IMG/VR virus record: IMGVR_UViG_3300031519_007785
Location: 1-48,221 of that record
Reading direction: 5' to 3' (one strand)
Origin: a virus
Lineage: Duplodnaviria; Caudoviricetes
Length of the DNA: 48,221 nt
The translations under genes and the position numbers were made by a program. This document shows positions 17,941 to 26,768 of the stretch, in pieces. The notes below the pieces were generated by a model. That model saw only the letters and a list, made by a program, of their open reading frames with translations. It had not been told where the DNA came from and did no database searches. Position 1 is the first letter of the stretch; the number at the start of each line of letters is the position of its first letter.

Positions 17941-18680
17941 TTTTCGTTTACGGTGAACATGTGACTTCTACTTGCTCTACTGTATTCTGCTATTATGTTT
18001 ACACTGCGTCTATGCACACTTGCATTTGTTCTCGGAGTGACACCGTGTATTGCTTTGGTTGAGTTGTTTAGGAACATCACGAACGTGTTTGCTTTGTACG
18101 GAACTGTTTTAACAACACCGCCCAGGTTGTGTTCAAAAATTTGTCTTCCTTTCTTCATGTCCACATCCTGAACATTATCAATAGAATCATAGATCTGGAA
18201 TTCACCGCCTGTGCTTGTGTCTTCCTTGTGTGGCATGTACAATAGACCCGCATATATTTCTCTTGGGTTGTCTATGTGTGGCGACCTCGTTGTTGTCGTC
18301 ACAGGCTTGTGCATGACAGTCTGACAGTCTGTCCAAATGTGTGCAGACTTCTCTACCCAGCCCCTGGGACCTAGAGATGGATTATCATACTTGATATATT
18401 CTGAGAACACAGTCTTCACTTCGTTGTAGAAGTCCATCGACGTGTGATATTCTGTAAATTCCTTCCATAATTTGGAAACTTTTTCTGGTTTCAGCATCTC
18501 ATCTGCCTTAAGCCTATAACAGACTCCGTCGTCAAAAGGTTCTGTGTCAAGCAGTTGTTGTCTTGGCCATTCCTTCTCAAGTTGTTCGTATACGTTTGTT
18601 GGCAAAGCATTTTCTATCACTATATGAGGATAAGGCTCTTTGACTAGCAAAGGGTTGTTTTGTAGGACCGATAATGTCAT
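17937..18680 (-). CDS. 2OG-Fe(II) dioxygenase
   Basis: EPYPHIVIENALP, HxD (PHIDN), GGEF, N..VMF, distal His HGVTPR, RRS.N. Confidence 0.8.
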   Translation of the reverse strand: MTLSVLQNNPLLVKEPYPHIVIENALPTNVYEQLEKEWPRQQLLDTEPFDDGVCYRLKADEMLKPEKVSKLWKEFTEYHTSMDFYNEVKTVFSEYIKYDNPSLGPRGWVEKSAHIWTDCQTVMHKPVTTTTRSPHIDNPREIYAGLLYMPHKEDTSTGGEFQIYDSIDNVQDVDMKKGRQIFEHNLGGVVKTVPYKANTFVMFLNNSTKAIHGVTPRTNASVHRRSVNIIAEYSRASRSHMFTVNEK

Positions 18681-19765
18681 TCTAGGTGCTCCATTATTTC
18701 GGGTATATTAATTTTAAAATTTATCATGTCACTGAATCTTTTTACTCCTTCTAGCTTGGCTCCTTTTTCTCTAGGAATAGGAACAACATCGGCCAAGTAC
18801 AACCTATGTTCAAGATTCAAGTTATGTGACAGCAATGGATAAACTTTCTTGTGTATCATATTCTTGTCTTGTATTTCTATAACTTTAGTTCCGGGTTGAC
18901 ACCACAACAAGTTTGTTAGGCCTGCACCGTGTGCCGCCACGATGTGTGATGCTTCTGCAAACGTTTTCATTTGTTCTTTTATAGTCATGTTCTCCAATGC
19001 AACAGTCTCCCATCCTTTAAGTTTTAATAGGAGTTCATCTGAATTCAGAAGTTTTCTGGTCTTTGCACCGGGTCTTAGTACAACTATCTTCCTATGAGGC
19101 TTTACGCCTTTGAGGTCCTTCAAACCTTTGAAATGTCGTAGCCACGGAGCCAACGGCGGGACTATTACACCATCCCTCACATTACTCATGCTGGGTACTA
19201 TAAGGTGTTTGAATTGCCATGTTTCTCCCTTGGGCATCACTATAATTTTTATATCTGGAAAAAGTTCCTGACATACCTTTTCGAAATAAGGACTGTAATT
19301 TGCCAGCACGAAACAATATCTGGAGAAGTTAGTTGACCATCTTTTCTCAATCAATCTTAACTTGGATATTAAATCTATCCAGATGTGCCACGGATTACCT
19401 TTACTAGAGTCATCAACTGGTAGCCAGACATAGGTGTCAGTCTCATTGAAAGATTCTGTAACTGGCGGAAGTTTTAAATCCACAGTGTCGTCCCATTCGG
19501 TCCAGAGGTTGTGACTTTTATTTGGCTTATGTCTGCTCTTGTGTGTCAGTTTCCATACATGGTCTGTGATAAGTTTGTTTTCACTAGTCAGCAACAACGG
19601 GCAAGTGTGAACTTTACAATCATAGAACTCTGCCACAAATGTTGGTAAACTGGTAAACTTTGGATCAATACTGTCATGATAAGGTACAGTATAGTTGTAT
19701 TCTGGATCCACTGTTTCCCAACGGTCGAGGAAATACTTTATAGAGCTTATATTTTTGACTGACAT
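18677..19765 (-). CDS. Glycosyltransferase family 61 (DUF563)-like; start revised to ATG 19765
   Basis: NPWHIWID, R...R.LLN..E, LE.MT..EQ...F..A..IVAAHGAGLTNLLW...G..VIEI. Confidence 0.82.
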   Translation of the reverse strand: MSVKNISSIKYFLDRWETVDPEYNYTVPYHDSIDPKFTSLPTFVAEFYDCKVHTCPLLLTSENKLITDHVWKLTHKSRHKPNKSHNLWTEWDDTVDLKLPPVTESFNETDTYVWLPVDDSSKGNPWHIWIDLISKLRLIEKRWSTNFSRYCFVLANYSPYFEKVCQELFPDIKIIVMPKGETWQFKHLIVPSMSNVRDGVIVPPLAPWLRHFKGLKDLKGVKPHRKIVVLRPGAKTRKLLNSDELLLKLKGWETVALENMTIKEQMKTFAEASHIVAAHGAGLTNLLWCQPGTKVIEIQDKNMIHKKVYPLLSHNLNLEHRLYLADVVPIPREKGAKLEGVKRFSDMINFKINIPEIMEHLE

Positions 19766-19779
19766 TTTATTAATAATTA

Positions 19780-19788
19780 TGTTATAAT
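19780..19788 (+). promoter_or_regulatory. Extended -10 promoter (TGtTATAAT), 8 nt before the ATG at 19797
   Basis: Lies in the 31-bp divergent gap; no SD. Confidence 0.55.
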
Positions 19789-19796
19789 ACACTACT

Positions 19797-20459
19797 ATGA
19801 TATTATTCTCAAATGGTTGCAGTTTCCTAACGCCCAGACCCAAGGATGGGGTAGATACTTTTACCAGCAAGATAATTGCTGAGAAGTACAACATGGAACT
19901 TTCAAACATAGCAATGGGAGGTAGGGGTAACGTCAGGATAAGTTTTTCGTCAAAGGTATGGTTCGAACAGAACAAAGACAAGGATGTATTTGCTGTGATA
20001 GGATGGTCGAGTGCAGTTAGAAATGACTACATAACAGACGATGGATGGAAAAAAGGACGTATACCAGGTACGGATCTCACTTGGCGTACGTGGAAGACAT
20101 TAGATAATGTTAGTTTTATTCGCAGTAAAAAAGGGTGGGATATTGAAAATAATTTAGCAATGAATTTTTTGGAAAATGTGTTTGACCTACAAAATTATTT
20201 TGAACGTAAGCGAATACCTTATGTGATGTACAATTCTTTACCCAACGATTTTGGTAATGGCACAGCAGACTTTGAAGTTATTAGGAATGCAATAAACATG
20301 GATAGATTCTTCAGTCCAGCAGTTAGTCACTTTGAATTTGTTTCTGATAACAATTTAATCGTTAGTCCTAACGATCCACACCCTTCTGCAGAAGGGCACC
20401 AACAATGGGCAACACAACTTATGGAATTTATAGATGCTAACAATCTACGCACCATTTAA
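19797..20459 (+). CDS. SGNH/GDSL-fold protein (acyl esterase/transferase-like), copy 1
   Basis: NGCSFL (block I), NIAMGGRGN, IGWS...R, DPHPSAEGH (DxH). Confidence 0.75.
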   Translation: MILFSNGCSFLTPRPKDGVDTFTSKIIAEKYNMELSNIAMGGRGNVRISFSSKVWFEQNKDKDVFAVIGWSSAVRNDYITDDGWKKGRIPGTDLTWRTWKTLDNVSFIRSKKGWDIENNLAMNFLENVFDLQNYFERKRIPYVMYNSLPNDFGNGTADFEVIRNAINMDRFFSPAVSHFEFVSDNNLIVSPNDPHPSAEGHQQWATQLMEFIDANNLRTI

Positions 20460-21246
20460 CAATAAAAACAGCAAGGCCTGGGAAGTGTTCAACGGTGTTG
20501 AAAAATCGTGGCCAGATCAAATTACAAAACTTGACAATGCTGTCGAGACGGAGCCCGTGAGCAATGGCATGTTCTGGGGATTCGTCAACAACAACCTAGA
20601 AATGGTCAAGAAGTTGGAAGCACGTAACCACAACTACTGGTTTACTGACACCCCGTACTTTGGCAGATTCGACAACAACAATTTGAAACCTGATAATCAT
20701 TATTGGCGTGTTTGCAATAATGCAATACATGTTCCATACTTGAAAAACTGTAAGTCAGATAGATTTGAAAAGTTTGGCATTAAGATCAAAGCACCTGCAT
20801 TTGCGGGCAAGTACGTATTGGTTTGCCCAAGTTCAGATGGTGTCAATGATTACTTGGATCAACCAAACTGGACTAATGAAATAATAGAGCAGATTAAAAG
20901 ATACACAGACAGACCTATCAGACTTCGACACAAGCCCAGGGGCAGGGGTACGTCAGGACCTAGTGAGGCAAAGGTGCCGCTATCAGAGGATCTCAAAGAT
21001 GCATGGTGTGTGGTGACCAGTTGTTCTATATCGGCCGTGGAGGCCATGTGTGAGGGTGTGCCTGTGTTCTGTCATGCCAAGGGTTTTGCAACGGATGTGG
21101 CCAACACCGAACTTGCTGACATCGAGAATCCCTACTACGGCGGACCTGAACCGTGGCTGTACAGTCTTGCATACCAACAGTTCACACCCGAAGAACTTGG
21201 TAACGGTCGGGCAGTGGAAATACTAATGGATAAAGGACTGTTATGA
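20434..21246 (+). CDS. KpsC/KpsS-like GT-B glycosyltransferase, paralog 4
   Basis: DTPYF, VLVCPS, IRLRHKP, VTSCSISAVEAMCEGVPVF, WLYSLAYQQF..EE...G. Confidence 0.68.
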   Translation: MLTIYAPFNNKNSKAWEVFNGVEKSWPDQITKLDNAVETEPVSNGMFWGFVNNNLEMVKKLEARNHNYWFTDTPYFGRFDNNNLKPDNHYWRVCNNAIHVPYLKNCKSDRFEKFGIKIKAPAFAGKYVLVCPSSDGVNDYLDQPNWTNEIIEQIKRYTDRPIRLRHKPRGRGTSGPSEAKVPLSEDLKDAWCVVTSCSISAVEAMCEGVPVFCHAKGFATDVANTELADIENPYYGGPEPWLYSLAYQQFTPEELGNGRAVEILMDKGLL

Positions 21247-22022
21247 AAAAATTAATACACTTTGGTTGTTCTTTCGCTGTTGGAAACGCGGTGCCGTCAT
21301 ACGTGCCAGGCCTGTCATCCGGGGCCTATATCCATCGTTCAGCTGATAGAAGGGCACTACAAAAAAAATACAAGATAGAGATTAAACCACCTACCAATTG
21401 TGGAAAGATACTGGCAGAGAGGCTACAGAGAAATTATGTGATGGTTGCAGAAAATGGTGCCAGCAACGAACGATTTTATAGGATGATATTACAAACCGAT
21501 TTCAAGAAGTCATTTGCTTTGATAGGATTGACGAGTCATAACAGGCGTGAAGGACTCACAACATACAGAGAAAGTACATTTGGTAAGACGAACAGCCATT
21601 GGCACACATGGAAAATGGTGGGTCCTGGGGACGAGGCAGGGTACAAGGATGTTAAATTTGATCCATGGATGAACAAGGGTCAACGAGAGTATTACCCTGC
21701 GATAGAGCACGAGGGACAGATCAGGACTGCAATGCAAATAATATACATGCAAAATTATTTCAATGCGAATGGCATTCCTTATCTGATGTACAACGCCCTA
21801 TATAATGGATTTGATGATCCATTGACAGACGAGTGTAAAAAATTATTATCTAAAATAGATCAAACGAAATATTACAAATTGCAGGGTAGTTTCAATGAAA
21901 CACAACATGGATGGTGCCTAAATAAAAAAATGATAGTGTCAGAGCAAGACGAACATCCAAACATAGAAGGACAGACGGCATGGGCCGAACAGCTGATGCC
22001 AATGGTGAAAAAAATATTATGA
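21243..22022 (+). CDS. SGNH/GDSL-fold protein, copy 2
   Basis: FGCSFA, AENGASN, IGLT...R, DEHPNIEG...WA. Confidence 0.72.
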   Translation: MKKLIHFGCSFAVGNAVPSYVPGLSSGAYIHRSADRRALQKKYKIEIKPPTNCGKILAERLQRNYVMVAENGASNERFYRMILQTDFKKSFALIGLTSHNRREGLTTYRESTFGKTNSHWHTWKMVGPGDEAGYKDVKFDPWMNKGQREYYPAIEHEGQIRTAMQIIYMQNYFNANGIPYLMYNALYNGFDDPLTDECKKLLSKIDQTKYYKLQGSFNETQHGWCLNKKMIVSEQDEHPNIEGQTAWAEQLMPMVKKIL

Positions 22023-22645
22023 ACATAGAAAAAGTTAATGGATTCTGGGTGCCCAGCAATGACATCCACCTAGAGGACTGGAAAGCAGGCAAGCCTTTCA
22101 CGCAAAACAAATGCCTCCGACACTTTCAGGATCATTGCAAGAAACATAATAAAAAATTTAATCACATTTTGGACATTGGTGCATGGGTCGGAACATGGAG
22201 TATGGCTATGAATGAGTACTGTGGACGAGTAGTAGCCTTTGAACCGGAAAGTGTACATTATGAATGCCTTGTAAAAAATGTAGGCGAGGACATAGAGACG
22301 CACCAGCTCGCCGTTGGTGCTGAAGAAAAAATGATATCTCTGTCGCAAGATGACTTCACACAAAGTAAAAGAGTGCTAGGTGAAGGCACTATTCCCATGG
22401 TCACAATCGACAGCCTACAACTAGACGATGTAGACATGATCAAGATTGATGTTGAAGGTTATGAAATGGAAGTGCTTAAAGGTGCGGCGAAAACTTTAGA
22501 GAACGTGCAGTATCTAATGATAGAATTAAACAACAACACTAAAAAATATGGTAGCAGTAATATTGACGTAGAGAAACACATTAGCTCACTAGGCTTCAAA
22601 GTACTGATAGATAGTTGGCCTGACAAAGTTTTCTACCGCCCATAA
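22019..22645 (+). CDS. FkbM-family methyltransferase; start revised to ATG 22019
   Basis: LDIGAWVGTWS, AFEP, TIDSL, MIKIDVEGYEMEVLKGA; ATGA overlap with the upstream stop. Confidence 0.85.
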   Translation: MNIEKVNGFWVPSNDIHLEDWKAGKPFTQNKCLRHFQDHCKKHNKKFNHILDIGAWVGTWSMAMNEYCGRVVAFEPESVHYECLVKNVGEDIETHQLAVGAEEKMISLSQDDFTQSKRVLGEGTIPMVTIDSLQLDDVDMIKIDVEGYEMEVLKGAAKTLENVQYLMIELNNNTKKYGSSNIDVEKHISSLGFKVLIDSWPDKVFYRP

Positions 22646-22652
22646 CTTAAAT

Positions 22653-22658
22653 TAAATA
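22653..22658 (+). promoter_or_regulatory. TAAATA late-type promoter, 6 nt before the ATG at 22665
   Basis: TTAAATA-ctcaaa-ATG; no SD. Confidence 0.6.
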
Positions 22659-22664
22659 CTCAAA

Positions 22665-23669
22665 ATGAAGATTTTTATAACAGGTGTAGCAGGATTTTTA
22701 GGATCACACCTAGCAGATTTGATGCTATCAGAAGGTCATACCGTTGCTGGCAATGACAACATGATTGGTGGCTACACAGATAATGTTCCACAGAATGTGG
22801 AGTTCCATCAAGTGGACTGTTGCGATCTAGAGAACATGACCAGGGCCATGGAAGGTTGCGACATAGTGTATCACACTGCCGCCACTGCCTATGAGGGCTT
22901 GTCTGTGTTTTCTCCAGTACTTGTCACTAGAAATATATTTGAAGCGTCAGTGACAACAATTACAGCCGCGATAAGGAACAAGGTAAAACGTATTGTGTAC
23001 TGTTCAAGCATGGCAAGATACGGGCATCATGATGATATGCCATACAGAGAAGATTACGAGTGTCGTCCACAAGATCCATACGGTATCGCTAAGAAGGCAG
23101 GAGAAGATGTGTTAAGAAATTTATGTGAGACACACGGTGTAGAGTATGTTATCGCTGTCCCTCACAACATAGTTGGCCCGAGACAGAAGTATGATGATCC
23201 ATTCAGAAATGTTATGTCTATTATGTTGAACAGAATGTTGCAGGGCAAACAACCAATAATATACGGAGATGGGAAGCAACAGAGATGTTTTAGTTACATC
23301 GACGATTGTTTATATTGTCTGAACGCACTTGCATTCCAAGACAACGTAATTGGTGAGGTGATCAACATTGGTCCAGACGAAGAACCCATAACGATCAATC
23401 AGTTAGCAGAAGCATGTGCTAACGAAACAGGACTCAATTTAGATCCTATACACCACAAGGATAGACCCAAGGAGGTCAAACTAGCAGTGTGTTCGTCAGA
23501 CAAAGCAAGGGATTTATTAGGTTACAATACAGCAACAAACATGCGACAGTCAGTTAAGAAGACAGCAGAGTACATAAGAACACGAGGCACAAAAAAGTTT
23601 CAATACCATTTGCCTCTAGAGATTATTAACGACAAGACCCCAGATACTTGGAAGAATAAATTGATATGA
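22665..23669 (+). CDS. NAD-dependent NDP-sugar epimerase/dehydratase (extended SDR)
   Basis: ITGVAGFLGSH, SSMARYG, PQDPYGIAK (YxxxK), NIVGPRQ, GDGKQQRCFSYIDD. Confidence 0.92.
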   Translation: MKIFITGVAGFLGSHLADLMLSEGHTVAGNDNMIGGYTDNVPQNVEFHQVDCCDLENMTRAMEGCDIVYHTAATAYEGLSVFSPVLVTRNIFEASVTTITAAIRNKVKRIVYCSSMARYGHHDDMPYREDYECRPQDPYGIAKKAGEDVLRNLCETHGVEYVIAVPHNIVGPRQKYDDPFRNVMSIMLNRMLQGKQPIIYGDGKQQRCFSYIDDCLYCLNALAFQDNVIGEVINIGPDEEPITINQLAEACANETGLNLDPIHHKDRPKEVKLAVCSSDKARDLLGYNTATNMRQSVKKTAEYIRTRGTKKFQYHLPLEIINDKTPDTWKNKLI

Positions 23670-24376
23670 TTTCATTCTGTTGTCCGTCACGAGGTAGGCC
23701 AGAACTAGCAAAAAGATTAGTAGATACTGCAACTGAAACACAAAAACACAACACAGAATTTCTATTTTATCTCAATGATGATGATGAAAAACTCGAACAG
23801 TATAAAGATTTACTAGACGAAAAACATTATACGGTTGGTCCAAACCAATCTACATGTTACAGTTGGAACCTGCAGGCCAACAAAGCAAACAATGACATTG
23901 TCATGCTTATGGGCGATGATGTACAAGTCAAAACAAAACATTGGGATCAATTGATAGTGGATGAGATCAACAAGTATGATGATAAGATACTAATGGTTGT
24001 GCCCAGCGACGGCAGAGCAAAAGGCACTAAAAATTTAGGCAATGCCATTGGACTCTGGCCTGACAAACCACTGCCAGCGGCACATTTTGCAGTACACAAA
24101 AACTGGATTAATACATTAGGATATCTTGCCCCGGTATTTTTTTGGCATTGGCATGTGGATTCTTATACGCAAAAAGTGGCACGTAAACTTAACAGGTGTC
24201 TCTATCTCCCTAGTGTGGAATTTAAGGCAAAAAAGATCCTAGACGATAATGCTGGAAAGCAAATCAGGCAAAATTTAAATATTTCTGAAAGAGATAACTT
24301 TGTCTGGACAAAGGTAAGAGATAGGCATTTACAATCAGATGTAAAGGCTTTACGTAGTTTTATTGAATCGTCCTAG
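23666..24376 (+). CDS. GT2-like glycosyltransferase
   Basis: ISFCCPSRGRP, N...N......DIVMLMGDD, HWD, LGY......HWHVD. Confidence 0.7.
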   Translation: MISFCCPSRGRPELAKRLVDTATETQKHNTEFLFYLNDDDEKLEQYKDLLDEKHYTVGPNQSTCYSWNLQANKANNDIVMLMGDDVQVKTKHWDQLIVDEINKYDDKILMVVPSDGRAKGTKNLGNAIGLWPDKPLPAAHFAVHKNWINTLGYLAPVFFWHWHVDSYTQKVARKLNRCLYLPSVEFKAKKILDDNAGKQIRQNLNISERDNFVWTKVRDRHLQSDVKALRSFIESS

Positions 24377-24787
24377 TAGTTTGTTGTAGATTTCATTACT
24401 TAGACCCAATTGCACTAAAGGACTTCTGATATATTTCCTTTTGGTGTGTACAAATTTAATATCTTTTGATCTTGTTATCAAGAAAGTATTGGCTGTGTAT
24501 CTGATCTGTTTGCCTTTTAAATGAACATGGGCCACGGTACCGTCACTTCTTTCTTTGAAGAACCATAGGCATATTATATCTTTACTGAAATCTATATCTG
24601 AAAAATTTTCTTTAAGTTCTGCTTTCGTGTTATACTTTTCGCAAAACTTTTTCCAGTGTTGATGATCTAAATTGTTTTGATTCTCGTACAGACTATCATA
24701 CTTTAAACTATCTATTAGGTTGTCAGCACAAATATGCTCCACAGGTTGATCATGGTAATGATTTTTTTTAAGTTTATCCCAATTCAT
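24350..24787 (-). CDS. Hypothetical protein, possibly a degenerate 2OG-oxygenase-like fold; start revised to 24787
   Basis: DQPVEHICADNLI and YTANTFLI resemble the 17937-18680 oxygenase but the HxD is absent; TAATG coupling. Confidence 0.55.
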   Translation of the reverse strand: MNWDKLKKNHYHDQPVEHICADNLIDSLKYDSLYENQNNLDHQHWKKFCEKYNTKAELKENFSDIDFSKDIICLWFFKERSDGTVAHVHLKGKQIRYTANTFLITRSKDIKFVHTKRKYIRSPLVQLGLSNEIYNKLLGRFNKTT

Positions 24788-25461
24788 TATGCACTGAATA
24801 GGTTGATAAGTTCTTTCTTCCAATCATCTGCATACTCACAGTCTCGGTAACCGTCAAACCATGGTCCACCTTCTGTGTAGTGCAGTATCTTGGGTGTGCC
24901 GTCTTGGGATTCCTTGTACCAACCTACAAGCCAATTGTACTCTAGTGGTAAGGATCCTATTTCGTTATCTTCCAGCCAACTAAATCTGTGTAGGAACTTA
25001 GGCGACTCTTCGTTTAATAAGTCTGGGGTTAGTATTTTGTTCTTAGGGTGTTCACAGTTCCATAAAACCATGCTAGACCAATTTTTTCTTGGATATGTTG
25101 CCTGCACCTGTCCGTCCATCTTGGTTGTTTCTTTAGGCTTGTAATCGTGTTGTACAACAACAACTGCTTTAGACGGATCGCAGTATTTTACAAGTTCGTG
25201 ACTCGGTATCTTCCATAAAAAGTCGCAATCACAGAACACCGCCCATCCCTTAAAATCGTTCATGTAAGGTACGAAGAATCTAGTGAATGTGAATTCTGTT
25301 GATGCAAGTTTATCTACCGGTCTGGTGTACAGTCCTTGGTCTCTCATCTGTTTCTGTTTCAATGGTATTACCTCAGCAGAAGGGTCTCTTCTCTTAATAC
25401 TGTGTTCACAGACTTGGTATGCAATGTCTTCTCTGCTGTCGTGGCCTACGTAGATTTTCAT
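24787..25461 (-). CDS. GT-A glycosyltransferase (GT8-like, plant CDI-like); start revised to ATG 25461
   Basis: IYVGHDSRE, STEFTFTRF, FCDCDF (DxD), YPRKNWSS, LHRFSW, HYTEGGPW. Confidence 0.82.
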   Translation of the reverse strand: MKIYVGHDSREDIAYQVCEHSIKRRDPSAEVIPLKQKQMRDQGLYTRPVDKLASTEFTFTRFFVPYMNDFKGWAVFCDCDFLWKIPSHELVKYCDPSKAVVVVQHDYKPKETTKMDGQVQATYPRKNWSSMVLWNCEHPKNKILTPDLLNEESPKFLHRFSWLEDNEIGSLPLEYNWLVGWYKESQDGTPKILHYTEGGPWFDGYRDCEYADDWKKELINLFSA

Positions 25462-26087
25462 TTTCTTCCTGATACTATTTGGTGTATTTGCTTCCAATTA
25501 CTTACACGTGGAACTTCAGGATGATCGAAGTCTCGGTTGTATGGATGGTCAATTAATATAGGCTTTAAACCGTATTTGAGCCCCAGTACAGCGTTCTTAG
25601 GCTTGTCCTCGATCCAATATAGTCCAGTGTCGTGAAAGTCTGCCAATGCCGAATCTTTGTCTGCTCCCGTGCCTAGGATATGGTAATTTGTGAAGATATG
25701 ATGACCAAACAGTTCGCTTAATCTTTTCTTACGTAGCCCTTGTCCTGGTATGTCTGATGTTTGTGATGTTATGGGTATGAATGTCCATCCTTCTGCCGCA
25801 AGTAGTTTGACCCACGTCTGTGATTCTAACATTGGTCTTTGTGTGCCCATCCAGGCACTCCTGTTGAACTCTCTGATCTCTTGTCTAATTACATCTTTAC
25901 TCACACCATATCTATTGGCCATTTCGTAGTCATCGTACATGTCTGGTAACTGTTTGTATGGATAGTATCTTACGCCTTTATCATCAAAGTAAGATCGCAA
26001 TGACATCCATTTCATAAAATGGTGTTCCCATTCCAGCAACACACCGTCTACATCTGTGAGTATTACTCTGTTAGTGGATATCGGCAT
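25458..26087 (-). CDS. HAD-family phosphatase, 5'(3')-deoxyribonucleotidase-like
   Basis: LTDVDGVL (DxD), ITS, K, WIEDKPKN, HPYN, RV.NW. Confidence 0.8.
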   Translation of the reverse strand: MPISTNRVILTDVDGVLLEWEHHFMKWMSLRSYFDDKGVRYYPYKQLPDMYDDYEMANRYGVSKDVIRQEIREFNRSAWMGTQRPMLESQTWVKLLAAEGWTFIPITSQTSDIPGQGLRKKRLSELFGHHIFTNYHILGTGADKDSALADFHDTGLYWIEDKPKNAVLGLKYGLKPILIDHPYNRDFDHPEVPRVSNWKQIHQIVSGRK

Positions 26088-26532
26088 CTTCCATTCCTGC
26101 TACTCTCAGTTTAACAATGTTTGTTATCTGCCATTGTTTTTGATCTAAACCTTTGGTGATGCCTAACCATTGATTCCTTATCAATGCAAAGTCATTAATT
26201 ATTTTGTCCATGTCAACGACATCGTCTTCGCCGTCCACATACTTCTCTGCATCTCTGCTTGATAATGCTCTATTGTAATTTTCTAAATATTTTCTGAAAG
26301 TTTTTGATCTTAATCTTCTCAACTCTATGTTTAGATACTCTAGTATTGCTTCTAGTTGTTGTAGTTGACTGAATCTTTCTTCTACTATACCGGGTAGAGA
26401 CGCACTGGCTCTTTCGAGGTTACCAAATATTTTACACTGTTTTCTGGCTTCTAGGAATTCTTTATCAAAGTATGCTACGCAGTCTGGTATCTTATCTAGG
26501 TTTCTACTTACTTCGTTGTACCAGTTTATCAT
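26071..26532 (-). CDS. uvsY: Recombination mediator UvsY
   Basis: 153-aa helical protein with EKYVDGE and K.LD.K.WQI.N...LR, downstream of uvsX. Confidence 0.75.
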   Translation of the reverse strand: MINWYNEVSRNLDKIPDCVAYFDKEFLEARKQCKIFGNLERASASLPGIVEERFSQLQQLEAILEYLNIELRRLRSKTFRKYLENYNRALSSRDAEKYVDGEDDVVDMDKIINDFALIRNQWLGITKGLDQKQWQITNIVKLRVAGMEDADIH

Positions 26533-26768
26533 TCATCAGCATCGCCGTAGCCCACGTCTTCGGATTCTTCATCCTCGAACACGGTATTAACGGCTTCCTC
26601 TAGTTTTGGATCAAGCTCTGCGGATCCTTTGAGTACGTCATGTTCTACACCAATGTCCTCTAGACTCTTGAGTAAGTCAATGGCCATGTCCAATCTCTGT
26701 CGTTCAGGAACATAATGTATAATGGAGTTCCATAATCTTTCAATATCAGCGTGATCAAAGTCTATCAT
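26529..26768 (-). CDS. Small acidic hypothetical protein
   Basis: 79 aa, abuts the uvsX stop and overlaps the uvsY start (ATGA). Confidence 0.65.
   Translation of the reverse strand: MIDFDHADIERLWNSIIHYVPERQRLDMAIDLLKSLEDIGVEHDVLKGSAELDPKLEEAVNTVFEDEESEDVGYGDADE

Noticed and set aside
19766-19981. N-terminal extension of the GT61 ORF (possible membrane anchor)
   Set aside because: It overlaps the divergent SGNH gene in antisense; ATG 19765 leaves a clean 31-bp divergent promoter gap.
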